Shown here in pieces: positions 38,408-47,240 of a stretch of DNA of 64,000 bases. Source of the stretch: Candidatus Kuenenbacteria bacterium HGW-Kuenenbacteria-1 (GTDB lineage: Bacteria > Patescibacteriota > Patescibacteriia > UBA2591 > PGYQ01); contig PGYQ01000001.1 in NCBI GenBank assembly GCA_002839745.1, forward strand, positions 16,775 through 80,774, read 5' to 3'. The position numbers were made by a program, and so were the translations under genes. The notes below the pieces were generated by a model. It was not told the origin of the DNA. It ran no database searches and saw nothing but the letters and a program-made list of their open reading frames with translations. Each line of letters opens with the position of its first letter. Position 1 is the stretch's first letter.

Positions 38408-40870
38408 ATGCAACATCAAGGATTAAAAGAAAATGAAATTAAAAAATTAAGAGAAAAATTTGGGGAAAATTCTTTGCCAGCTGAAAAACAATTTTCTTTT
38501 ATAACAATTTTTTTCTCGCAATTTAAAAGTCCATTGATTTATATTTTATTTTTTGTCGGGCTGATTTCTTTATTTTTCAAAGAATATATTGACGCTGTTT
38601 TAATCGTTTTAGTTGGTTTATTTAACGCTTTGCTCGGTTTTTTTCAAGAATATAACAGTCAAAAAACCTTGGTTGCTTTAAAAAATATTATTAAACCTAA
38701 AGCGCTTGTTATTAGAGATGGTTGCAGAAAACAGATTGAAGCCAAAGAATTAGTGCCTGGTGATTTGGTTATTATTGGTTCTGGAGATAAAATTCCAGCT
38801 GACGGTGAATTGATTGAGAGTTTAAATTTGTTAGTTAATGAAGCGATTTTAACTGGCGAAGATGAGGCTGTTGCTAAAAAGTTAACTGATAATAAGTTGT
38901 TTATGGGCGCTACTGTTATTTGGGGTAATGGCATTATGAAAATTAGCAAAATTGGTCTTGATACTGAAATTGGTAAAATTGGTTCTAGTATAGTTGAAAT
39001 AAAAGAAAGTAAAACCCCAATACAAGTCGCGTTAGATAAATTCGCTAAAAATTTGTTATTTATAATTTTTATAATTTGTTTAATAATTTTTATTACTGGC
39101 GTGCTTTATCAGGAAAATTTTTGGGCAATGCTTAGAACCTCAATAGTGCTGTCAGCGGCTGCCATACCAGAAGGTTTACCAGTTGCTATTACTATTATTT
39201 TAACTTTGGGCATGAGACGAGTTTTAATTAAGAAAGGTTTAGTTAGAAAACTTTTATCAATTGAAACATTAGGATCAACTTCTGTAATTTGCGTTGATAA
39301 AACAGGAACATTAACTGAAGGAATTATGAAAGTTGTTAAGTCTGATTTTTTTGATAACGACAAGGCATTTTTGGCTTTAACATTGGTTAATAATCAGCGG
39401 ATGAATTTAGAAATAGCTCTTTGGGATTATGTAAGGAAAAATCCCTCTAACCCCCTTTATCAAGGGGGGACTGCTCAAGATCCACAGGAAATTTTTAACA
39501 GTCACTTGAGAATTTACGAAGAGCCGTTTGATAGCGAGAAAAAATACGCTTTAAGCATTAATAAAATAAATAATAAAAATACAGCTTTTGTTTTAGGAGC
39601 GCCGGAAATTGTTTTATCGTTTTGTCAATTATCAGCTCAAGAGTCAGTTGATACTTTAAAAAAAATAGATGATTGGGCCAGCAAGGGTTTACGGATTTTG
39701 GGAGTTGGTTTTAAAGAAAAAGGGGAGTTAAAAGAAAAAAAAGATTTTGTATGGTTAGGTTTGGTAGCAGTTGAAGATCCTTTGCGTTCAGGCGCTAAAG
39801 AGGCTATAGAACAAGCCATGCAAGCTGGTATTAAAATTAAAATTATTACAGGAGATCATAGCAAGACAGCTGAAAAAGTCGCTAGAAATTTAGGTTTTAA
39901 AATTGGACCAAACAATATTTTGTCAGGCAATGAGCTTGGCATGATTTCTGATCAAGAATTAAAAGACAGAATAGATGATATTATTTTATTTAGTCGTGTT
40001 TTGCCTCATCAAAAATTAAAAATAGTAGAAGCTTTGCAAGCTAAAAAAGAAATTATCGCTATGACTGGCGATGGAGTTAATGATGCTCTTGCTTTAAAAA
40101 AAGCGGATATTGGAGTAGTTATGGGCGCTGGTGCTGAAGTGGCAAAAGAAGTCGGGGATTTGATTTTATTAGACAATAATTTTAAAACCATTTTAACAGC
40201 TGTAGAAGAGGGCCGTTTAATTTTTTCTAATATCAAAAAGGTTGTTGCTTATGCCTTATCTAACGCTTTTGTTGAAATTGTTTTGATATTTGGAGCAATA
40301 ATACTTAATTTTCCTTTGCCATTAACAATAGCTCAAATAATATGGATTCAGCTTATTTGCGATGGTCCTCCTGATATTATATTAGGTTTTGAACCTAAGG
40401 ATAGAGATTTAATGAAAGAAAAGCCTATTGATAATAAAAAAGATGGTTTTTTATCTAAGTCTGTTATGTTTTTAATTATTGCTGTAAGTTTAAGCATTGG
40501 CTTATTAACTTTATTTTTATTCTGGTATTTTTATAATAGAACCAATAGTTTAATTTTAGCTCAAACTATTGCTTTTACTAGTGTTGCTTTTGTTGGTTTG
40601 TTTTATATTTTTTCTTTTAAAAATCTTTCTAAACCTTTATTTAAAATAAATAATTTCTTTGGTAATAAATATCTATTATGGAGCGTGCTTTACGGTTTTG
40701 TGTTAATTTTCGTCGCTTTATATGTTCCAGCTTTAAATAAAATTTTAAACACTGTTCCTCTTAATTTTTTTCACTGGCTGTTTGTTTTAGGGATTGCTAT
40801 TATTTCAATTTTGATTATTGAGATATTCAAGTTTTTTTTAATAAAAAAACAATTAGTATTAAAAATTTAA
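38408..40870 (+). CDS. P-type cation-transporting ATPase (P2-type, Ca2+/Mg2+-like)
   Basis: CVDKTGTLTEG phosphorylation motif, TGDGVNDALALKKADIGV hinge, 8-10 TM helices. Confidence 0.85.
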   Translation: MQHQGLKENEIKKLREKFGENSLPAEKQFSFITIFFSQFKSPLIYILFFVGLISLFFKEYIDAVLIVLVGLFNALLGFFQEYNSQKTLVALKNIIKPKALVIRDGCRKQIEAKELVPGDLVIIGSGDKIPADGELIESLNLLVNEAILTGEDEAVAKKLTDNKLFMGATVIWGNGIMKISKIGLDTEIGKIGSSIVEIKESKTPIQVALDKFAKNLLFIIFIICLIIFITGVLYQENFWAMLRTSIVLSAAAIPEGLPVAITIILTLGMRRVLIKKGLVRKLLSIETLGSTSVICVDKTGTLTEGIMKVVKSDFFDNDKAFLALTLVNNQRMNLEIALWDYVRKNPSNPLYQGGTAQDPQEIFNSHLRIYEEPFDSEKKYALSINKINNKNTAFVLGAPEIVLSFCQLSAQESVDTLKKIDDWASKGLRILGVGFKEKGELKEKKDFVWLGLVAVEDPLRSGAKEAIEQAMQAGIKIKIITGDHSKTAEKVARNLGFKIGPNNILSGNELGMISDQELKDRIDDIILFSRVLPHQKLKIVEALQAKKEIIAMTGDGVNDALALKKADIGVVMGAGAEVAKEVGDLILLDNNFKTILTAVEEGRLIFSNIKKVVAYALSNAFVEIVLIFGAIILNFPLPLTIAQIIWIQLICDGPPDIILGFEPKDRDLMKEKPIDNKKDGFLSKSVMFLIIAVSLSIGLLTLFLFWYFYNRTNSLILAQTIAFTSVAFVGLFYIFSFKNLSKPLFKINNFFGNKYLLWSVLYGFVLIFVALYVPALNKILNTVPLNFFHWLFVLGIAIISILIIEIFKFFLIKKQLVLKI
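39436..39476. repeat. GC-rich palindromic element inserted in-frame in the P-type ATPase
   Basis: aaaaatccctctaaccccctttatcaaggggggactgc matches intergenic family at 25141-25170, 25255-25285, 28520-28556; encodes NPSNPLYQGGTAQ. Confidence 0.65.
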
Positions 40871-40911
40871 CTTTTTTTGTTTTTTTATATTTTTGATATA
40901 TTATAATAAAT

Positions 40912-41328
40912 ATGATAAAAAACAAAATTTTATTTTGGAAAAATTTATTTTTTTCACCGCTTTTTTTATTTTTAGGAATAATTATTTTAACATCCTATTT
41001 TTTTTCTGTAGGCAAAGAAACCTATAAACATTATAAAATTAATAAAGAAATAGAAGGTTTAAAACAAGAAATAAAAAATTTGGAAGAAAAAAAAATACAA
41101 AGCAAAGAACTAATTCAATATTTAAAAACAGAATCTTTTCAAGAAAGGCAAGCTCGATTAGAATTAGGAATGAAAAAACAGGATGAAGATGTGGTAATTT
41201 TGCCTACGATTATTCCAAAAGAAATAGAAGAAAAAAATGAATTTGTAAATATTGATTTTGAAAGAAATAAAAAAGATGATCAAAAAATTATTAATCCTAT
41301 TAAATGGTGGAAATATTTTTTAAAATAA
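40912..41328 (+). CDS. FtsB/DivIC-like septum formation initiator (TM plus coiled coil)
   Basis: N-terminal TM helix followed by EIEGLKQEIKNLEEKK coiled coil. Confidence 0.5.
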   Translation: MIKNKILFWKNLFFSPLFLFLGIIILTSYFFSVGKETYKHYKINKEIEGLKQEIKNLEEKKIQSKELIQYLKTESFQERQARLELGMKKQDEDVVILPTIIPKEIEEKNEFVNIDFERNKKDDQKIINPIKWWKYFLK

Positions 41329-41339
41329 TTCTTTAATTT

Positions 41340-42098
41340 ATGATAGATAATAATCAACAAAAAGAAAAACAAGCCAAATGGAGAGAAATAATATTAAATA
41401 TAATAAAAGAAAAATCAAATTTTCCAAAACAAATTCAAAAAAAAGAGGGGATTGTAGAAAATAAAAAAGAAATTAAAAAAATTAAAATTAAAAAACCCAA
41501 AACAAAAAGGAATATATATAAATTAGTAGTATTTATTTTTTTGGCTATTATTTGGTTTTTAATTTCTTTTGGGATTGGGTTGTATAAATATAATTGGGAT
41601 AGCGAAACGATAATTAAAATAACTCGAATTATTCCTTATCCAGCGATAATAATTAAAAATAAAGAAATAAACAATTATAAATTAATAAAGTATTCTGAAT
41701 TTCAAGAAAATTTTAAAGCAACTAAACTTTTTTTTCAAAAACAAAAACAAGCTGATTCAACTTTTCAAATTCTTTCTGATAAAATTTTAAAAGAAAATAT
41801 TTCAGAAATGATGATAGAAGATTATTTTATTTTTGAAACTCTTAAAAAAAATAGAGTGATCATTAAAAAAGAAGAGGTAGATAATAAAATTCAAGAAATT
41901 ATTAAACAAGTGGGTTCTGAACAACAATTTGAAAAAATAGTAAAAAATTTATATAATTGGGATTTAACTCAATTTAAAGAAAAAGCAATTAAACAAATGA
42001 TTTCGCAAGAAAAAATAGAAAAGGTAATTGCTCCAAAAAAATTAAGAGAATGGTTGAATGAACAATTAAAAACAATAAAAATTTATAAATTTATTTAA
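41340..42098 (+). CDS. Hypothetical membrane-anchored protein (SurA-N/PpiD-like chaperone domain possible)
   Basis: Single TM LVVFIFLAIIWFLISFGIGL then Lys/Glu-rich helical domain. Confidence 0.35.
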   Translation: MIDNNQQKEKQAKWREIILNIIKEKSNFPKQIQKKEGIVENKKEIKKIKIKKPKTKRNIYKLVVFIFLAIIWFLISFGIGLYKYNWDSETIIKITRIIPYPAIIIKNKEINNYKLIKYSEFQENFKATKLFFQKQKQADSTFQILSDKILKENISEMMIEDYFIFETLKKNRVIIKKEEVDNKIQEIIKQVGSEQQFEKIVKNLYNWDLTQFKEKAIKQMISQEKIEKVIAPKKLREWLNEQLKTIKIYKFI

Positions 42099-42261
42099 AT
42101 AAATTTATATAATTAAAAAACATTGGAAGCAAGTTTAGTTATTTGGATATTTTAAATTGGGACAAAGTTTTTGAAATTTTGTCAATATATTGCAACAAAA
42201 GAATGAACAAAAAATAAGAGTAAAGAGTAAGAAGTATTTGAAAAAATTTAAAAATATTAAA

Positions 42262-43293
42262 ATGAAAAAGATTATAAAAAAATTTGCAAAAGATTTTAAA
42301 GAACGAATCAGTTTTAGAAAATACGCAATATTTTTTTTGGCTTTAGTTATTTTAAGTTCACCATTTGTTATTGAATATTTTAAATTATTAAAGCCAATCA
42401 TTTTAAAACCTTCTTTAGCAAAACAGGTTTTATTTATTGAACCAGAAGAAAAAGAAGCGCCTATTTTAAGAGAAATTGAAAAAGCTCAAAAATCAATTAA
42501 TTTAGAAATGTATCTTTTATCTGATAAAAAAATTATTCAAGCCTTAAAAGATGCGAAAAAACGAGGAGTAGAAATAAAAATAATTTTAGAAAAAAATCCT
42601 TACAATTTAGAATGGTTTAATAAAAAAATTTTTAAAGAATTAAAAGAGGTTGGGATACAAACCCAATGGAGTAATTCTGAATTTAGCCTTACTCATAGCA
42701 AATTTATGATTATTGACGATCAAAAGGCGATTATTATGACTTGCAATTTTACTTATTCCGGGCTTAATAATAGTCGTGATTTTGGTTTAATTAATTTTGA
42801 TTTAAAAGATGTGTTGGAAATAAAAAAATTATTTGAAGCTGATTGGCAGAAAGAATCATTTTTTTCTTCTCGCCCAAATTTAGTTATTAGTCCGATTAAT
42901 TCTCGTTTTAAATTAGAAAGTCTAATTAAAAACGCAAAATCAGAAATTTTAATTGCTACTGAAATAATGAAAGATCAAAGTATACAAGAGCTTTTAATAA
43001 AGGCACAAAAAAATGGAGTGCAAGTTAAAATTCTTTTAGCTGATATTAAAACGGGCGAGATTAACAGAGATACTGGAAAGTATTTTCAAACACAGAATAT
43101 GCAAGTGAAGTATTTGCAAAAACCGTTTTTGCATGCTAAAATTATGATTATTGATAATAAAATTTTATATTTAGGATCAATTAATTTTTCTTCCGCATCA
43201 ATGGATGAAAATCGAGAATTAGGAATTTTGTTGGTAAATAAAGCCTTAATTCAACAAGTTAGAGATGTTTTTGAAAAAGATTGGACAATATAA
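42262..43293 (+). CDS. Phospholipase D-family protein with two HKD motifs
   Basis: LTHSKFMIIDDQ and LHAKIMIIDNKILYLGSINFS (HxKx4D x2); start chosen at MKKIIKK (ATG 42262), N-terminal TM. Confidence 0.75.
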   Translation: MKKIIKKFAKDFKERISFRKYAIFFLALVILSSPFVIEYFKLLKPIILKPSLAKQVLFIEPEEKEAPILREIEKAQKSINLEMYLLSDKKIIQALKDAKKRGVEIKIILEKNPYNLEWFNKKIFKELKEVGIQTQWSNSEFSLTHSKFMIIDDQKAIIMTCNFTYSGLNNSRDFGLINFDLKDVLEIKKLFEADWQKESFFSSRPNLVISPINSRFKLESLIKNAKSEILIATEIMKDQSIQELLIKAQKNGVQVKILLADIKTGEINRDTGKYFQTQNMQVKYLQKPFLHAKIMIIDNKILYLGSINFSSASMDENRELGILLVNKALIQQVRDVFEKDWTI

Positions 43294-43426
43294 TTTAATT
43301 ATTAGAAGGATGTTTGGTAATATTAATAATATAAATTATAATAAGGAAGTGATTTTTAAAAAAGGATTTGATTTAGTTTTTAAAAATAATTTTTAATTTA
43401 ATTTTTAATTTTTAATTTTGTTTTTT

Positions 43427-43645
43427 ATGACAACAATTATTCATGAAAGAGAAAAGTGTATTGGTTGCGGAGCTTGCGCGGCTTTGTGTTCAGAGTATTG
43501 GGAAATGGCAGATGACGGAAAATCTTTATTAAAAGGAGCAAATAAAAATCCAGAAACAGGAAATAATGAGCTTGAAATACAAGATTTAGGATGTAATGGA
43601 AATATAGAAGAATCTTGTCCAGCTCTTTGCATTCATATTAAATAA
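43427..43645 (+). CDS. Small [4Fe-4S] ferredoxin
   Basis: CIGCGACAALC and CPALCIH cluster motifs. Confidence 0.7.
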   Translation: MTTIIHEREKCIGCGACAALCSEYWEMADDGKSLLKGANKNPETGNNELEIQDLGCNGNIEESCPALCIHIK

Positions 43646-43652
43646 AAAGATT

Positions 43653-44606
43653 ATGTTTTCTTTAAAACAATTAATTAATAATTTTTTAGAATATCTTGAA
43701 ATAGAAAAAAATCGTAGTCCAAAAACAATTAGAAATTATAAATTTTATTTAGAAAGATTTCTTAATTGGGCAAAGGAACCAAAACCAGAAGAAATTAATT
43801 TAGAAATGATTCGTCAATATCGGCTTTGGCTAAATCGATTTCAAAATTTAAGAGCAGAAGGTTTAAAAAAAGATACTCAAAATTATCATTTAATTGCTTT
43901 GCGTTCTTTTTTAAAATATCTCTCTAAAAGAGATATTCAAAGCTTATCTTCTGAAAAAATTGAATTAGCTAAAGTTTCTGAAAGATCAATAGAGTTTTTA
44001 GAAGGAAAAGATTTAGAAAATTTTTTGGAAGCACCATTCAAAGTTCAAAGTTCAAAATTCAAAGTTCAAAGTAAAAGAAAATTTGACCTCATTCAATTGA
44101 GAGATAAGGCAATTTTAGAATTATTTTTTTCTACTGGATTGCGAGTTTCTGAATTAATTAAATTAACTAAGGAACAAATTAATTTAGATAAAGATGAGTT
44201 TACAGTTCGAGGTAAAGGGAATAAACTAAGGATTATTTTTTTATCTCAGCAAGCTAAGTATTGGTTAAAAAAATATTTAGAAGCTAGAAATGATATGGAA
44301 ATTATTTTATTTATTAGGCATGATAAATTATCAAAAAATAAACAAATAAATAATTTAACTCCAAGAAGTATTCAGCGTCTTGTAAAAAAATATGCTAAAA
44401 TAGCCGGGATTACAAAAGAGATAACTCCTCACACAATCCGTCATAGTTTTGCTACAGATCTTTTAACAACTGGAGCTGATATACGTTCAGTGCAAGCTTT
44501 ATTAGGACACGCGTCTATTACAACGACTCAAATTTATACCCATGTAACAGATAAACATTTAAAAGAAGTTTATAGCGCTTTTCATGACAAAAGACGAAAA
44601 AAATAA
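43653..44606 (+). CDS. Tyrosine site-specific recombinase (XerC/XerD family)
   Basis: RHSFATDLLTTGADIRSVQALLGHASITTTQIYTHV catalytic R-H-R-Y region; carries in-frame heptamer repeat (FKVQSSKFKVQSK). Confidence 0.85.
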   Translation: MFSLKQLINNFLEYLEIEKNRSPKTIRNYKFYLERFLNWAKEPKPEEINLEMIRQYRLWLNRFQNLRAEGLKKDTQNYHLIALRSFLKYLSKRDIQSLSSEKIELAKVSERSIEFLEGKDLENFLEAPFKVQSSKFKVQSKRKFDLIQLRDKAILELFFSTGLRVSELIKLTKEQINLDKDEFTVRGKGNKLRIIFLSQQAKYWLKKYLEARNDMEIILFIRHDKLSKNKQINNLTPRSIQRLVKKYAKIAGITKEITPHTIRHSFATDLLTTGADIRSVQALLGHASITTTQIYTHVTDKHLKEVYSAFHDKRRKK

Positions 44607-44653
44607 AGAAATTATAATTATTAAAATTTTCTTTTAAAAATTTTTACTTATTT

Positions 44654-44728
44654 GCCCTCGTAGTTCAGCGGATAGAACACCAGCCTTCTAAGCTGGTTAC
44701 GTAGGTTCGATTCCTGCCGAGGGCACCA
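44654..44728 (+). tRNA. tRNA-Arg (anticodon UCU)
   Basis: GCCCTCG/CGAGGGC acceptor, CCAGC-CTTCTAA-GCTGG anticodon arm, GGTTCGATTCC T-arm, encoded CCA. Confidence 0.8.
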
Positions 44729-44730
44729 TT

Positions 44731-44770
44731 TTATAATTTATAATTTATAATTTATAAATTATAAATTATA
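44731..44770. repeat. Heptanucleotide tandem repeat (TTATAAT/TTATAAA, about 6 units)
   Basis: ttataatttataatttataatttataaattataaattata immediately after tRNA-Arg. Confidence 0.8.
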
Positions 44771-44851
44771 TTTTTTTTGCATTTTGCATTTTTTTAAAAA
44801 TAAGTTATAATAACTATTATATTTTTATTTTTCTTTTTTTTATTTTAAAAT

Positions 44852-46144
44852 ATGTTATCAAAAATTTTTCAAAAATTAATTCAAATTTTCAAAATCCGTG
44901 ATTTACGAAAGAGTATTCTTTTTGTTTTAGCAATGTTAATAGTTTTCAGAATTGCCGCGCATATTCCTTTAACTGGAGTTGATTTGGAAAGTTTAAAAAG
45001 ATTTTTTACGCAAAATGAAATTTTGGGTTTTATGAATCTTTTAACTGGCGGAGGCATGAGCAATTTTTCTTTAGTGGCTTTGGGCGTTGGGCCTTACATC
45101 ACAGCTTCAATTATTATTCAACTTTTAACAATGATTGTTCCTAGTTTAGAAGAATTAGCCAAAGAAGGCGAGGCAGGATATCATAAAATTAATCAATACA
45201 CTCGTTTATTAGCTGTGCCTATGGCTGCTTTACAATCTTATGGAATGATTGTTTTGCTTTCTAATTCATCAGGACAAAAAATTATTTCTAATTTAGGTAT
45301 CTGGCAATTAAGTTCAATGATTATTACTATGACTGCTGGTTGCGTATTTTTAATGTGGTTGGGTGAATTAATTTCAGAAAAAAAAATAGGCAATGGAATA
45401 TCCTTGATAATTTTTGCTGGAATTGTTTCTGGCTTACCTTCAGTTTTACAACAAACAGTCGTTAGTTTTGATTCAACGAAATTTGTTAATTTATTAATTT
45501 TTATTATCCTAGGATTAATCACTGTTGCAGGAGTAGTTATTATTACTGAAGGGCAAAGGAATATTCCTATTTCTTATGCACGTCGAGTAAGAGGTAACAA
45601 AATGTATGGGGGAGCGAGTACTTATTTGCCTTTGCGCGTAAATCAAGCGGGAATGATTCCAATTATTTTTGCCATTTCTATTGTTTTATTTCCGCCAATC
45701 GTTGCTCAACTTTTAATGAAATTTCAAATTGGATGGCTTAAAGTTCCAGCTGAATTTATTTATACCATTTTTCAACCCAGCCATTATTTTTATGGCATAG
45801 CTTATTTTGTTTTAGTGGTCGCTTTTACATATTTTTATACTGCTGTTGTTTTTCATCCTCAAAAAATAGCTGAAAATCTTCAAAAACAAGGTGGGTTTAT
45901 TTTAGGAATTAGACCTGGCAAACCAACATCTCAATATATAAGCAATGTTTCACAAAGAATTATGTTAGCTGGCGCTACTTCTTTGGGAATTATTGCTATT
46001 CTTCCTTTAATTACTGGGCCTATTTTTGAAATTAGATCTATTGCTTTAGGAGGCGCTGGTTTATTAATTATTGTGAGTGTAGTTCTTGAAACAATAAAAC
46101 AAATTGAGTCTCAATTAACGATGAGGGAATATGAAGGACTTTAA
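44852..46144 (+). CDS. secY: Preprotein translocase SecY
   Basis: 10 TM helices; conserved segments GVGPYITASIIIQLL and ISLIIFAGIVSGLP. Confidence 0.9.
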   Translation: MLSKIFQKLIQIFKIRDLRKSILFVLAMLIVFRIAAHIPLTGVDLESLKRFFTQNEILGFMNLLTGGGMSNFSLVALGVGPYITASIIIQLLTMIVPSLEELAKEGEAGYHKINQYTRLLAVPMAALQSYGMIVLLSNSSGQKIISNLGIWQLSSMIITMTAGCVFLMWLGELISEKKIGNGISLIIFAGIVSGLPSVLQQTVVSFDSTKFVNLLIFIILGLITVAGVVIITEGQRNIPISYARRVRGNKMYGGASTYLPLRVNQAGMIPIIFAISIVLFPPIVAQLLMKFQIGWLKVPAEFIYTIFQPSHYFYGIAYFVLVVAFTYFYTAVVFHPQKIAENLQKQGGFILGIRPGKPTSQYISNVSQRIMLAGATSLGIIAILPLITGPIFEIRSIALGGAGLLIIVSVVLETIKQIESQLTMREYEGL

Positions 46145-46222
46145 AAAAATATTTGTTTGAAGGTTTAAATTATAAAGCATAAATAAATATAATTTAAAAA
46201 TAATTAAAATTTAAAGAAAAAT

Positions 46223-46252
46223 TTTTATGCGCTATTGGCGCATTTTTATATT
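46223..46252 (+). terminator. Terminator candidate after secY
   Basis: atgcgctattggcgcat hairpin followed by T-rich run. Confidence 0.45.
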
Positions 46253-46269
46253 TTAAAAATCTTTTTAAT

Positions 46270-47229
46270 ATGAAAAATATGTATGATGTTATTATTATTG
46301 GCGCTGGAGCAGCTGGAATGACAGCAGCTATTTATACCAGTCGTAGAATGTTAAAAACCTTAGTTATTAGCAAAGATTTGGGCGGTCAAGCATCTTTAGC
46401 TACAGAAGTAGAAAATTATCCCGGATTTGATGAGGCTATTTCTGGTTTTAAAATAATGCAAAAATTTAATCAACAGGCACGAAAATTTGGCGTAGAATTT
46501 ATTTTTGATGAAGTGGAGGAAATTAAACCAGAAAATGATTTTTTTGAGATTAAAACTAATACTCAAAATTATCAAACCAAATCGGTAATTTTGGCTTTTG
46601 GTTTAACTCCTCGTGATCTTGATGTTCCTGGGGAAGAAAAATTTAAAGGCAAAGGGGTTTCTTATTGCGCTACTTGTGACGCTTTGTTTTATAAAGATAA
46701 AAATGTGGCCGTAATTGGTGGAGGCAATGCCGCTTTAGATGCAACTTTACTTTTATCAAAAATTGCCAAAAAGGTTTATTTAGTTCATCGTCGAAATGAG
46801 TTTAAAGGAGATGAAATATTAATTCAAAAAATTAAGGAACAAAAAAATATTCAGTTTGTTTTAAATTCAACAATTAAAGAAATTAAAGGGGCTGAATTTG
46901 TGAAATCAATTATTGTTAATAAAATAGATAAAGAAAATGAAGAAGAAATTGAAGTGAATGGTGTTTTTGCGGAAGTTGGGTATGAAGTAAAAGCGGATTT
47001 TATTAAAAATTTAGTTAATTTAGATGAAAAAAATCAGGTTATTACAAATAAAAATTGTGAAACTTCATTGTCGGGAATTTTTGCTGCTGGCGATGCGACA
47101 GATATTTTGTATAAACAGATAATTATTTCTGCTGGTGAAGGAGCCAAAGCGGCTTTAAGCGCTTATAAATATATTCAAGAAAAAGGAGGTAAAAATTGTA
47201 TTAATTTAGACTGGGGAGCTAAAAAATAA
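46270..47229 (+). CDS. trxB: Thioredoxin-disulfide reductase
   Basis: [21 protein letters not shown] motif, CATCDA redox-active Cxx[14 protein letters not shown] motif. Confidence 0.85.
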   Translation: MKNMYDVIIIGAGAAGMTAAIYTSRRMLKTLVISKDLGGQASLATEVENYPGFDEAISGFKIMQKFNQQARKFGVEFIFDEVEEIKPENDFFEIKTNTQNYQTKSVILAFGLTPRDLDVPGEEKFKGKGVSYCATCDALFYKDKNVAVIGGGNAALDATLLLSKIAKKVYLVHRRNEFKGDEILIQKIKEQKNIQFVLNSTIKEIKGAEFVKSIIVNKIDKENEEEIEVNGVFAEVGYEVKADFIKNLVNLDEKNQVITNKNCETSLSGIFAAGDATDILYKQIIISAGEGAKAALSAYKYIQEKGGKNCINLDWGAKK

Positions 47230-47240
47230 TTTTTTAGTTT

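Noticed and set aside
38659-40236. Several 60-96-aa minus-strand ORFs inside the P-type ATPase
   Set aside because: All antisense to a well-supported CDS with conserved P-type ATPase motifs.
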